From Octopus vulgaris (Eukaryota), in assembly GCA_951406725.2 (NCBI GenBank), contig OX597818.1, forward strand, positions 75,764,001 through 75,828,000: DNA of 64,000 nt, in the 5' to 3' direction. Every line of letters starts with the position of its first letter. Position 1 is the stretch's first letter. Both the position numbers and the translations under genes were made by a program. Under the pieces are notes generated by a model, which did not search any database, was not told where the DNA came from, and worked only from the letters and a program-made list of their open reading frames with translations. This document shows positions 37,041 to 50,332 of this stretch, piece after piece.

Positions 37041-37894
37041 CAAGGTGCATCCAAAAAATATCCAACTTTATTTTTTCCCCACCAAAACTAATGCTGCTTG
37101 GGCATTAATACCACCGTTACTGTACATATGTGAAAATTTTCATGACAGCAGGTTGTGTCAGTTCCCAGTTGTTATGCCTAGAGTAAAGACATGTAGTGCA
37201 TACTTGTCAGATTTTCGTTTTCACTGATCACATTGAACAGATATATTGCATAAGTTTTTTGCCAAAACCTTGGTGGTACCCAGGCTCAAACAATTCAGGA
37301 GATTCAGCAGGCCTTTGGTAATGATGCCATGGGCAAAACTCAGATGAAGGATGGATCAAATACTTCAAATATAGCCATGCTTCAGTGGAGAGTGAGGCAC
37401 ACTCAGGCAGGCTTACCACAAGCTAAAACGAGGAGCTAATATGAAGGTTTGGCAAATATTAATGGAAGACTCATCTAACAATCTGGGAAATTGCTCTGTG
37501 AAGTGAGAATAATCACTGGATCAGTGCTGCACATGCAAAGAGTGCTGGCGAAATTCATCACCAAGGTGCTGCAGAAGTAACTTCTGATGGAAATCACTCA
37601 GGACATGCTGGACTGTGCAAACCATGACCCAAAACTTCATGAAGACCATCATCACTGGTAATAAGACATGGGTTTATAGTTTCTGCTCAATTCATTCAGT
37701 CTTCTTGTGTGAAAACAAAAATCCAACAAGCACACACTATATGTCTGTACTCTTGGCATAACAGCCAGGAACTGACACAAAAATTTTCACACATGAGCAG
37801 GAAGGGTGACATCACCCCACCCAAAAGATTTTGCCCATGTGGCATTAGTTTTGGTGGAAAAAAATAAAGTTGGATACATTTTGAACACACCTTG
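37041..37894 (+). mobile_element. non-autonomous mariner derivative with extended (~185 bp) inverted ends
   Basis: TA-flanked CAAGGTG..TATCCAACTTTATTTTTT at both ends. Degenerate transposase ending near IITGNKTWVY. Confidence 0.8.
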
Positions 37895-39033
37895 TAGGTA
37901 CTTTCACCAATTCATTTCACACCTAGTTTAATTAACAATGGTATCAGTCATAGATCTTTCCTCAGCTGTAAGCTAGGTGTGTGTATGTATGTGTGCACGA
38001 CTATCTGTATACATTGAAGTTATGTTCTCTATTTGTGATTAAGGACCAGTTGTAGCATATGTTTATTTATCTATATAAGGATATGTATATATATGGGCTT
38101 GTTTGTAGATTTATATGGATGTGTATATGAGCATACATATTTTTATGAGTGCATATTCTTGGGTATGAATGTGTGTGTGTATATATATATACATACATAC
38201 ATGTAAGTGTATATATATTTTATACATGAGTGTTTATTGGTGTATGCTTATATAAGCAGATTATTTTAATTATGGGATATGGATGTGTACATATCTGCAT
38301 GTATATGTGTATATATATCATCATCATTTAGCGCCTGCTTTCCATGTTGGCATGGGTTAGTTGGCTTGACTGGAACTGGAAAACCAGAGAGCTGCACCAA
38401 GTTCCAGTCTGGTTTGGCATGGTTTCTATGGCTGGATGCCTTCCTAACACCAACCACTCCAAGAGTATAATGGCTGCCATTTATGTGCCACTGGCAATGG
38501 TGCCAGTTACAACTTCAACCATGATTACAATTTCACTTGGCTTGATGAGTCTTCTGAAACACAGCACATCACCTCTGTGAGGCCGTTTGAAGATCATGCT
38601 TCACTGCTTTGTCCAGTGCCTACCTCTTCCACAGGTTCCCTCTACAGAGATCTGCACTTCTTTACACAGCTGTCCTCATCCATATGTGTGTAAGTTTGTA
38701 TTTATATGTATATATAATTGTGTATGTGTATGTTCTTAGATATGTCTGTATATATGAGCATAGATATATATGTATATGTATGTATTTATGTGCAATTTCG
38801 CATACAATAATATTTGTATTTCTATGTATATAATACCTGGTGTTCATATGCATGATTATTTATGTTGTTTTTGTCTTATCATGACTGCCTATGAAGATAA
38901 TGTGTTGATCAATATGTCTGTGTATGTAAGAAAACTCAGATAAAGGGGTTTTATCTTTCAGTTTGAAGTCATAAGAAAAGATTCAAAGATTCTTAGAAAA
39001 CTGTCAGAGGAATTTTTTCATTCATTAATTACC

Positions 39034-39258
39034 TTAACCTTTTAGCATTTAAACTGGCCATATCCAGCATAAATATTCAACCTATTTTATGTTCAAACCA
39101 ACTATATTCGGCCTCTCACACATACCCTACAATGTCATTCTAAAACCAGAGAATTATATCTTTGAAATCTCAGAGCTATAAGATAATGCATGATTAATTC
39201 AAAATAATGTGAATAAATTAGCATTACATTTGATAGAATATGAATGCTAAATAGTTAG
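39034..39258. mobile_element. TTAA-flanked (piggyBac-like) MITE; related copy at 53081-53281
   Basis: TTAACC.TTTAG.ATTTAAAC start; shared body CTACAATGTCATTCTAAAA..ATGTGAATAAAT.AGCATTACA. Confidence 0.6.
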
Positions 39259-39530
39259 AACTTTTATTGATGGATAGAGTGCTATTGGATGCATTTCCAT
39301 TTACATTTTGTCTATTTTGCCTTGATATTAGCCATGACCATATATAGTTGATACTTCTGGTGTTTGGGCATTTCCTTTCATTGTTTATAAACTGAAATGA
39401 TAATGTTTGATGAAGTGAATTGGCTATAAATTTGTTATACGACGTTGCATAACTTTTGCATCATCATTTAACATCCACTTTTCCATTCTAGCATGGATCA
39501 AGCAGAATTGTTGAGGCAGATTTTCTATGG

Positions 39531-39749
39531 TTAGTTTCTTCTTTGCTGAATGCTTCCCTTATGGTGATGTCGTTGATAACTCTGAGAAACAATATTTGCA
39601 TAGAAGGGTTGATGGCATTGACTGCATGATAATGTTAGTGGAGGATGATGTTGATTTTGTTGAGCCTTTTTATCCTGTTGTTTGATCTCTTCTTGCTTTC
39701 TTCTAGTGGCTTCGAAGTTTTTGGTTCCAATGAATTTGCAGTGTTCCAC
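39531..39749 (-). mobile_element. LINE 3' fragment with C-terminal CxxC..H zinc-finger remnant
   Basis: FEATRRKQEEIK..LSCSQCHQPFYANIVSQSYQRHH resembles the C-terminus of RTE-clade ORFs. Confidence 0.5.
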
Positions 39750-40663
39750 TGTTAATTAGCTAGCAAATAACCAAGCATTAATCAGTTGATTAAAATGTTT
39801 AATTTTTATACCACTCTTTGAATACTTTGCTAGCCAGATTCTTGCATCAAGAGCTGCCAAGAGGATCACCCTGGATTTTAATCATCCTTACAGTAATTTT
39901 GTCAGCATCATTTTAACATCTACTTTTCCATACTTGCATAGTTTCAATGGGATGTGTTGAGGTGGATTTTCTGTCCAGATGCCCTTCTGGTGCCAACCCA
40001 TACCAGTTTCCAAAAGTAAGGCAATATTTCCCCATGGTCAGACATTTTTACAAAATATTGAAAATGAAAGACACTACTTGCAGGACAGTGACATATGTTT
40101 ACAACTTTTATGCAATGTCAAGGCAAGGAGACAATAATACGTACAAATACATGTATATTATCTATGAAGGGCTTCTTTCAGTTTCTGTCTACTAAATCCA
40201 CTCATAAGGCTTTGGTTGGCCAAGGGCTATAGTAGAAGATAGTTGCCTAATGTGCCACTCAGTGGGATTTAAACTGGAACCATGTGGTTAAGAAGTAAAA
40301 CTGCTTATTATACAGTCACTCCTGCACACACACATATATATATATATATATAGACAGACAGATATCCAGTATATGCAGTTGACGGGGTATTAAATTAAAA
40401 TAGCCATCAATGTTGTACTTGATGTTTGCACTCTGTTGATGTGCCATTTATGCCAATATTCTCTTAGACATATCTCTTATGGACATGCTGTGTTAAAAAC
40501 AATACCACAGCATAATAAAAATTCATCTCAGCAGTAGCCAGAGAAAATGCCAGATGCATCTTGACCCTTCCAAGGGCAAAAGCGCACACACTTGCTTGTA
40601 GATAATTATATATATACATATATATACTACATATTTCTGTGTATAGTTTTATATATATATACA

Positions 40664-41068
40664 TTATTTACATTCAATGGATATTTGACCTCATCGTGTT
40701 TGTTAACACAACATTTTGGCTGATATACCCTTCAGCCTTCTTCAGGTGTCTTGGGGAAATTTTGAGCCTGGGTTCTCATTCCTAAGGTATTCTTCGATGT
40801 TATTATTATTATTGTTCAGGTCACTGTTTAGAATCGAACTCGGAATTTTGGGGTTAGTAGCCATATGCCCGTGGGCAAATGGCATAGTGGTTAAGAGAGC
40901 GGGCTACTAACCCCAAGATTCCGAATTCGATTCCAAGCAGTGACCTGAACAATAATAATAATAATAAATGATAACATTGAAGAATACCTTAGGAATGAGA
41001 ACCCAGGTTCGAAATTTCCCCAAGACACCTGAAGAAGGCTGGAGGGGATATCCGTCAAATGTAAATAA
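40664..41068. mobile_element. head-to-head palindromic element: tRNA-like head + (AAT)n + hammerhead-like motif
   Basis: Arms are reverse complements centred near 40870. A box TGGCATAGTGG 40880-40890, B-box-like GAATTCGATTCC 40923-40934, with (TA)n flanks. Confidence 0.75.
40705..40750 (-). ncRNA. candidate minimal type I hammerhead ribozyme (CpG-decayed)
   Basis: Minus strand reads GACAC-CTGAAGA-A-GGCTGA-loop-TCAGCC-AAAATGTT-GTGTT. Two CpG transitions restore CGAAACGTT. Confidence 0.6.
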
Positions 41069-41089
41069 TTCCTCATCTCTTAAATATAG

Positions 41090-41130
<41 letters not shown>

Positions 41131-41349
41131 CATACAGGTATTTGAGGATGTATTTAGTAATTTGATAAAATAATCTTAAACTAGTTGAAAACCAAATATT
41201 TTTAATAATATTTTGATATGCTTCCATATAAGATTATACAAGAATCTGCCTTTGGTGATTGCTGCAGTACAGGATCAGAATCGTTGGCATATCTGAACTA
41301 AATGGTCTTTATTCATCTTGGACATAACCTGGACATCACCGTAGCCTTC

Positions 41350-42335
41350 AGTGAAGCTATGGTATTATGACGATGTTGATTAGTTTCCCTTTCGACAACA
41401 CACTAAAAATGAGATTTAAATCTGGCAAGTTTGGACTTACATGGTTGTAAAGAATGTCTGACATTCATTCTTGGACTGCACCGTCTGAGAATGTGCTTAA
41501 TTTTGTCGAAATTTGTTTGGTTTTCCATTGAGTTCTTCACTCATCCAGGGTTTAACAACACTCCCCAGCACCTCAATAGTGAAAAGATGTGAGGTGTTGT
41601 GATATTACTTTCATTACTTACCACTCTTAAAAACCATCACAGTAGCTGGAAACTTAGTGTGCCTCACTCTGAGGACATCATAAGGATTCCACATAACCAT
41701 GTCATTTCTTATCAAACTTTTGATCTTGGTTAAAGGTTTTCTCAGAAGAACCAAAGCATGCCATGCTCGTGAGGGTTTTGATTTTAAGCAAACACTTGAC
41801 ATGAGTCACACGATTTTCCTGTACTTTTGCAGACACGAAATAGCCTCCTCAGTACACACAATTTGTATTGAATGTCCTCAAGCACCAGAGTTCTTGTCTG
41901 TTCTGACAAAGTTCTTTGCTGATAGTCCTCATTACTTTTCCACCATCATCACAAATATGTTTTGATCCTGTTGAATGTACTGCAGTGTTTTTATAGTATC
42001 TGAATGTTTAGAATGTTTTTTGTTCTCTTTAATACAGTTGAAACATTCCAACTAGATACAAACTATGTACAAAAGATCTTGCAACAATTAGAAAGTTGAC
42101 AATTTCTAAATTGCTCTATTCTGCATACATGGCAACAATGGCTACATTTCTTTTCATTTCTTGTGTTAGCATTTTATCTTCTATGGAGGATCTGAAAGAA
42201 AGAAAAATCTTCTAACTGATTTGAAGAGAATAATGTACTGATAATTGTCCTCAAATACCCCTTGCTCCTTGTATAATCCCATTGTTGATGTATCATTTTC
42301 TATCATTAATAAAACTGTTGGCACCTTTGATGACA
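41350..42335 (-). mobile_element. degenerate Tc1/mariner-superfamily (maT/DD37D-like) transposon
   Basis: Start MLTQEMKRNVAIVAM..LEIVNFL..ARSFV at ~42173 and HTKFPATVMV at ~41660. Boundaries are approximate. Confidence 0.55.
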
Positions 42336-45223
42336 CTGGTATGCTTGTATATACACACACACACATTTCAGTGTGTGTATAATTGAATTGGCTATGGAAA
42401 CGGCTGTAGGGATAAGAATTCCATATTATATTGATTTGAGTATCTTTGAATAAACTGATGTCTATATGTAAATTTCTCCATTTCCTCATTTTATATATAT
42501 ATATATATACATAAGCCGTAGGAGTGGTTGTGTGGTAAAAAGCTTGCTTCCCAACTACATGGTTCTGGGTTCAGTCCCACCGCATGACACTTTGCCTCGG
42601 CTGACCAAAGCCTTGTGACTGGATTTCGTAGGCAGAAACTGAAAGAAGCCTGTATGTGTGTGTATGTTTGTCCCCCTACTACTGCTTCACAACCAGGATT
42701 GGTGTGTTTAACAATCCTGTAACTTAGCAGTTTAGCAAAAGTGGCCAATACAATAAGTACTAGGCTTAAGAAATAAGTCCTAGGATCAATTTGTTCAACT
42801 AAGAAGAAAAAACAACAACAAAAAAAAAAACAAACAAAAAAAAACCTTCAAGGCAGTGATCCAGCATGGCTGCAGTCAAATGACTGAAACAAGAATAAAT
42901 AAAAGTGTATATATATACACACACACAGATTTCTATGTATGCAATTATAGATATATATATTTCAGTTTTTATTGATGTGTTTGTGAGTACCCATGTCTTG
43001 GCATCACAAGATGATTGTTAACAACAACAATGATATATGTTATCATCACTATTATCATCATTGTTGCTTTTCTAAAAGCCTTTTCTGTCACCAATCTTCA
43101 TCTCTTTCCAAGCAAGGTAATATATCCCTATAGCCAGACATGTATTTTACATAAGACTGGATACAAATAACACTGCTTGCATGACAGTAACACTCACTTT
43201 ACAAGTAGATCTAGACCTAGACATGTATACACCTAGATCAGCTCACAGTGCCACCTACCTAGACTGTGAGATGTTAACATTTTGGTGTAGTTATCTTCTC
43301 ATCGGTCACAGACACTAAGCAAATGGCACTACAAGCTGAATTAAGATATTACCTCTCTTATGCTTTTCCAGTCACCATATAATGACTGGCAGCGCTATAC
43401 AACAACTCACTGTAAGTAAATTACGGAGGGGGAAAGCTAAGCAGTGATAAGTGAAATTGCGATGTTATTATCAGTTCGAATATACTTGATGCACATTCAA
43501 ACTGGAGAACATGCTACTCACTCTCGTTTGTTGACAAATGGTGTGCATACACCTAGATGAGCTCACAGCATCACCTACTTATATATGTACAAAACAAAAC
43601 TTCACACACCATTGTGTTAGAAGCGTACAGAGTCTTGCATGAAACCTTAGGTCTGGACCTATAATTCTGCTTACTTTAAATATAACAAACATTATGTATC
43701 ATTCCCCTCTCTCTCACACACACATGTGCACATACACATGTACACACACACATATATATATATATATGAAAACTGAGTCTAGACAAAGATGCATAAATAC
43801 ATTTTAAATTTTAAAACACTGCAACGATCTTACAGATTGTATGTGTGTGTAATAAGACATATGTTTTCATCATAAACTCTAATAGCTTGCCAACAAGACA
43901 GAGTAGTTTAAAAAATTTTAATATTCATGATTAAAATTTATGCAATCTTTTCTGATAAATATGAAATGAGAATGAATATGAGTGAAGAGAAGAGAAAAAG
44001 GGGAGGCAAGGAGGGGTGTGTTTGTTGTTTTTTTTTAAATTTAAAAAAAAATTGAAAGAAAAAATATTTCTTTAAGAAATACCAAAATGTTAATTTGAAC
44101 TGAAAAAGAGAAAACTTATTGAGTATTGCAACTGACATTTTAAATTATAATTTCTTATCTTTAGAAGATAAAGTCATGACAGACTAAAGAAGAATTAAAT
44201 TTTAAATTCTTTTTAATCATTTTCCCTCCCCCTTGAAACTATAAAATATTTTATCGATTTTTCCAAGAAATATCAGAAGAAAACCAATGTCATGTTTGAT
44301 GGACTGAAGAAAAATACTTCCATTAAGCTTAAAAGATTTAAGTCAATCAACAGGTATTATTACAAAAGTATAGTGAATGTCATACTCAATGTGAAATGCA
44401 AATGTAAAAAAAACTGATATTTTTATGAAAGAACCACATTTACACAAGTGATTCAGTGTAAATATAGAATTTACAAGAGATAAAAGACAAAAACAGCAGA
44501 CAAAAGTATAGTAGTCTTTTTGATAAAGATTTGAATGCTATTAAATCTGTTCTTACAGCTAGACATCATGCCTTGCCTTAAATTGCTCGCTCATCACTTC
44601 AATATTCATAGTTATTCAATTAAAAAAACTATTTTAATTGATTATACATAACACACACACACACATACACACACAGATTATATATATATAAATATATATA
44701 TATGTAGGTATCATCAAAATGTTCTCCTAACATTTCATTAAGGGGTCATCTAACTTTAGAGTAAGCTAATGCCTCAACTATTATCTTGAGATCAGATCTA
44801 TTTATTTATGTTATTTTTTTTTATATTGCACAGATCTGATGTGTTCCTGATCTGTCAGCGTTAAATATGATAGCTTAATGAAAGACTTGCATTGATAAAA
44901 AAATATTTAGAGAGAAAGAGAGAGATATAAGAGATAGAGATGTCATCAACAAGCTTTCAGCTATTAACCTTATATGAAGAGATGGGGAAGCAAACTTATC
45001 AAAGTATATTTATTATTTAAAAAAAAAATGTAATTTAAAACTTTATACATTAGAAGTCAATCAAAAACAAAATCTTTGTCTCCTTAGATTTGTGTCTTTC
45101 TCTCAACTTAAAGTTTATTGATGTGTTTATATATACTTACATGTATATATACATATACACACACATATATATACATATACATATATATGTACATATATAT
45201 ATATGCATATATATATATATATA

Positions 45224-45260
<37 letters not shown>

Positions 45261-45810
45261 AAAAATATATATATATATATTGAACAATATTTTTTAAAAA
45301 ACTAAAAAAAAATTGGGGGGCTTTTGAGAGAAAAATGTAAAAACAAAAATCTTGCATCTGAATAAACATTTTTTTTTTCAGTCTTTCTTTGATGTGCAGG
45401 ACTGCATCAATTGCTGCAGCCTTTGTAGTAATGTTATTAGAAGAGAATGTTGTCAAGTATTGGTGGTTAGTCAAACTGGAATTCCTTAGTAGAGAAGGGA
45501 ATGTGAATTTTTTTTTACGAGGAAAAAAAAAAATGAATTTTAGAGGTGGGGAGCGGGGCGCCATGCATGAAAATGGGGTGAGGAAAAGAGAGAATGAGGG
45601 AGGGTTATAGTTTGATTGAAATGACTTGATTTTAGTGTATTTCAACAACACAGTTGTAGTTTCACTTTTGTATAAAACTAAATTGAAAAGAAATTAAAAA
45701 TAAAGAACCTCCTCCAAGACAGAACAACCAAAATATTTCCATAGAGTCTGAAATAAATGTGTCTGTGATATATATGTCCTCCATTTACAGATTGCCCTGT
45801 CACACTGGGG

Positions 45811-46038
45811 CTAAACTGTCTGTGTTTTTTGGTCAACCCGTTTCATTGTGATAGTTGCCAATAGAGGCTTGTCTGTAATGTGTTGTACTTTTTTTTCAAC
45901 GCATTGTGGCAATATTTCGATGTGTTGTACCTTTTTATCACAGTTTGTAGGCACCAATTTGCTGAGTTCCCGTGATGAATAGCCAAGCAACATCTTGAGG
46001 TCACACACAAATTTGTATACAAATCGTTTCCCATGAAC
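45811..46038 (-). CDS. GABPA: GABPA-like terminal exon (end of ETS domain)
   Basis: TTTAG acceptor; [21 protein letters not shown]; stop TAG at 45813-45811. Confidence 0.92.
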   Translation of the reverse strand, partial: VHGKRFVYKFVCDLKMLLGYSSRELSKLVPTNCDKKVQHIEILPQCVEKKVQHITDKPLLATITMKRVDQKTQTV

Positions 46039-46596
46039 CTAAACAAGAAAAAGAGAAATGTAAAAAAAAACAAAACAAAACAATCAACCAAAGAATTCAT
46101 AACATAAAAATAAGTTAATCTTTTTGACACAAACCCACCAAAAACTGCCCTTGATTCTGTGAAATGTTTACATTTAAAATTTAAACCTTTGAGCATAAGT
46201 TTAGCCAGAAATGTTAACTTTACTAATATTTACTAACACATACACTGAGTATTTCACGAGTTAAAGGAGTTTTAACATCCACACAAATTATCTTATTAAA
46301 AATGTTAAAAGTAAATTTTTGTGGTGTAAAAAAATCTGGGAAGGTGTGCATAAGACAGAGAGAGATATTCAAACAAGTGGTATTAGCACATGCACACACA
46401 GACAATTAGCTGAGTACATGTGTGTGAAAGAGTGAGAGTATGGCTATGTGTATATGTGAATATGCCATTAGTCTTCATGTGTGTGGAAACTAAAAGAAGA
46501 CTTTTATGAAAAATAGTGTTTATCCTCAGATAAACACTATTTCAGTCGTTTCAGTCATTGGCTAAATTAATATGACTTATTTCGTTGTGTTGTATA

Positions 46597-47732
46597 TGAT
46601 GGAGTATACAAAAGTAACCGGAAACATTCTCTGTGGGACAAGCCCATTGTAGTTCAGGTTTCCGCCAGTAAAGCCGATTTTACATAACCTTGAGGCATCA
46701 GTCTGCCAACTGACAGCATCAGGAAAGGTCGTACTTCCACATAGTGCATCTTTGTTTTGCATTGCTTCTTCCCTGTTGATCAATTTTTGCAATGGCTGAA
46801 ACAAAAGAACAATGTGCTTCCATGAAATTCTGTTTTCTGTTGGGGAAAACAGTGACCGAAACAGCTGTCATGCTTCAAACAGTTTACAAGGATACTCTCA
46901 TGAGCAAAACACAAATTTATGAGTGTTTTCATACTTTAGGAATGGTCACTTGTTGCTTGATACCAACCTCGTTCAGATATGATTGGTGTCTCCTGGAGCT
47001 CCTACCTACAAATTTTGAGCAAGGAATTGCGAATAAAAAGAGTTGCAGTAAAATTTGTGCCTCGCTTGCTCATGGAAGATCAACTGAAAGAACAGTTGGA
47101 AGTTGATCTGGACCTTTTCTTGAAGGTCACCACTGGTGATGAAAGCTAGTGTTATGGCTACAGTCCAAAAATGAAGCAGCAATCAAGTCAATGGAAGTAT
47201 TCAATGTCACTACGCCCCAAAAAAGCACGTCAAGGGAAGTCCAATGTCAAGACAATGCTGATTTGTTTCATCGATGCAAAAGGAATTGTCCACATAGATT
47301 TTGTTCCTCCTGGTCAAACTGTTAACCAGACATTTTACTTGGAAGATCGGAAGCATTTGCGAGATGCGGTGAGTTGAAAACACCCCAACCTATGGCAAAG
47401 TGGAGAGTGGTGGTTTCATCATGACAATACACCGGCACAACCACCTTGAATTTGAGACAATTTCTGACCAAAAATGGCTTGACCCCACTTATCAAACCTC
47501 CCTGTTCACCTGTTTTGCAGATGTGAAAGAGGTGAAAAAAAAACAAAGAAAAGAAAACCATGAAACATCAAAAGGCATTACTTCAGGACTGTTTTGACCA
47601 GTGGAAAACATGCCTGGACCAATGCATTGCTTCAAATGGCTTATGCTTTGAAGGCGATAAAAGTGTAAACATGTAAAAGTAAGTGAATAAAATAACATTG
47701 CAAAATTTCGGTTTCTTTTAGGTACCCCCTTG
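46597..47732 (+). mobile_element. degenerate mariner transposon
   Basis: MAETKEQCASMKFCFLLGKT, TGDES.CYGY and KTMLICFIDAKGIVH. Imperfect TIRs flanked by TA. Confidence 0.8.
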
Positions 47733-47769
47733 TATATGTAATTAAAAATTGTATATATTATTTGCATCA

Positions 47770-47821
<52 letters not shown>

Positions 47822-47842
47822 TATTGTATATATTATTTACAA

Positions 47843-48243
47843 GAGTGGCTGTGTCTAAGTAGCTTGCTAACCAACCACATGGTTCCGGGTTCAGTCGTCC
47901 CACTGCGTGGCATCTTGGGCAAGTGTCTTCTGCTATAGCCTCGGGCCGACCAAAGCCTTGTGAGTGGATTTGGTAGATGGAAACTGAAAGAAGCCTGTCA
48001 TATATATGTATATATATATATATATGTATGTATGTGTGTGTATATGTTTGTGTTTGTCCCTCTAGCATTGCTTGACAACCAATGCTGGTGTGTTTATGTC
48101 CCTGTCACATAGCGGTTCAGCAAAAGAGACCGATAGAATAAGTACTGAGCTTACAAAGAATAAGTCTCGGGGTCGATTTGCTCGACTAAAGGCGGTGCTC
48201 TAGCATGGCCGCAGTCAAATGACTGAAACAAGTAAAAGAGTAA
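47843..48243 (+). mobile_element. near full-length copy of the dominant SINE family
   Basis: tRNA-like head, internal TA/TG microsatellite, and tail GGCGGTGCTC.AGCATGGCCGCAGTCAAATGACTGAAACAAGTAAAAGAG. Confidence 0.75.
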
Positions 48244-49409
48244 TTATCATATATAGTATATATACTACTTATAAATAAGAAGTTTCAGCGGTGGTGCCCC
48301 AGCATGGCTGCGGCCTTCGGGTTAAAACATTTTTAAGGATTTAATACCACACTGGTGATTGTTTTTCGTGAAACCACGAAATATCCATGGAGTCAGCTTG
48401 TTATCTCTATTCTTCCAGCATTATTTTGCTGTTAATAACAATACCATTTCACTTTTCTCCCTATTAATTCAAACCTGCCCCACCCCCATATTTGTACACC
48501 AATTAATCAATCAAGGTTGATCACATTTAAATATGGTAAATATAGTTCATTGTTTGATATTCCCTAATCAAAGAACTTGCTGTTTAAACCAGGACAGATA
48601 TAATGTTTAATTAGAATAATAGATTTTAAGGATATAGACAAAGATGATGTCCAGGGTAGTTTTGACTGAAGAGACACAACCAAGTCGAAACACCACAATA
48701 TCTCAGTCTGTTATCTTAATGAATTGAGGGTATTATAAACACACACTGTCTAAAAGAAGTTGTTCCCCATAGACAAAATACAACAATATTTGAGCATGGA
48801 GAAAAGCAAAAAGCAAAATAACCAATGATGTACATATTCATTCTTAATACATTTCAAGCAGATTCAAATGTGGATAGAATATGCTAAATATTGTTGTATT
48901 TTGTCTATGGGGAACAACTTCTTTTAGACAGTATCTTAACTGTAAGATACTTTCAGACAGAATAAAAATAACACGAAACTGAGTTATTTTCATATTAGTA
49001 GAGGTATACGAATTAATGCCCTGAGACTTTGGTAACAAAGGTAAGCAGGACACATGAAACATAACGAAAGGTAAGATTGGTGAATTGGTGACACACAAAA
49101 CAGTTTCTGGTATTTAGTTATGGACATTTTAAGCTCCGAATTCATATCCCACTGAGATCAACTTTGCCTGACAGGTCCAATCACATCACCTAGTCTGGAT
49201 ATATTTCATTACTTGTTTTTTTACCCCTTTCTTTCTTTATTGCTATAAAACTATCAATCCATTTAATACAATAATCTCATTATTTGATCAATTGTAATCA
49301 TGTAATCTAAGAGATCACCAACATAGTTATGTCCCTTGAAATTTACTGATGTTTTTAACAATCTGCATGTTATAATAACAATTAAAAACAAACCAACGCC
49401 ATAACCTAC

Positions 49410-49633
49410 CTTTGCTATCATGTCTCCATCATAATAGTACCGTAGAGCACGACTTAGTTTCTCATAGTTCATGGTTGGTTTGTTTTTACGCTGGCCCCAC
49501 AGCTGAGCCACCATCTCAGGATTGTGTAATTTGAATTCTCCGTCATCTCCAACCCACTGGATAATCTCTCGATATTCCTTGTCAGTTAATAGCTCCAATA
49601 AGAACTGCCATAATTGAATCTGACCGTTGTTGC
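49410..49633 (-). CDS. GABPA: GABPA-like exon, ETS DNA-binding domain
   Basis: [47 protein letters not shown]; TGTAG/GTAGGT boundaries. Confidence 0.95.
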
Positions 49634-50248
49634 CTACAGAATGAACAACAATAAAACAATAATAATTGTCTGATTCTTAATAACCACATCTGATATAAGA
49701 AAACTTCTCATTACCAGTTATATTTTCAGACATGTAGTCAAAAAGCTTACTTCCCAACCACATGTTTGCAAGTTCAGACCTGCTGCAGAGGATCTTGGGC
49801 AAGTGCTTTCTACTATAGGCCTGAGCTTAATTTCCAAATGTATTTGGAAGACAGAAACAGAAAGAAGACCATTATCTGTGTGTGCACGCATGCATGTGTG
49901 TGTACACGTGCATATGTGTTTGTATGTACCCTTGTCCTGACATCACATAATGATTGTATACAAGCATCACCATCATGTAAGTGGTGCTTGCTTCCAATCT
50001 TTCATGAAAAACATGTCCAGCCATGGTGAAATATTACCTTGCTTGGAAACAGGTGAAGGCTGGCAATAAGAAAGGCATCTAGCCATAGAAAATCTGCCTC
50101 AACAAATTCCATCTGACCCATGCAAGCATCGAAAAACGGGCATTAAAACAATGATGATGGTGATACAGATAAATATCAATCTTCACATGAAACTGAGTGA
50201 CTGATTTACATTAAACTTATGGTCATAAAAATATTTTATCCTGCTTAC

Positions 50249-50332
50249 CTGTTCTATTACCAGGTGTAATCCTTTCTTCACCTGTAATCCTAGTTAATCG
50301 AGGTCGTGGCGTCTTACTAAGAATTTTTCCAC
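50249..50332 (-). CDS. GABPA: GABPA-like exon
   Basis: RITGEERITPGNRTG (vertebrate RISGEDRSSPGNRTG, recalled); CAG/GTAAGC boundaries, phase 1/1. Confidence 0.9.

Noticed and set aside
40873-40945. Possible tRNA gene
   Set aside because: No complete cloverleaf or acceptor stem; it is the head of a repeat element.
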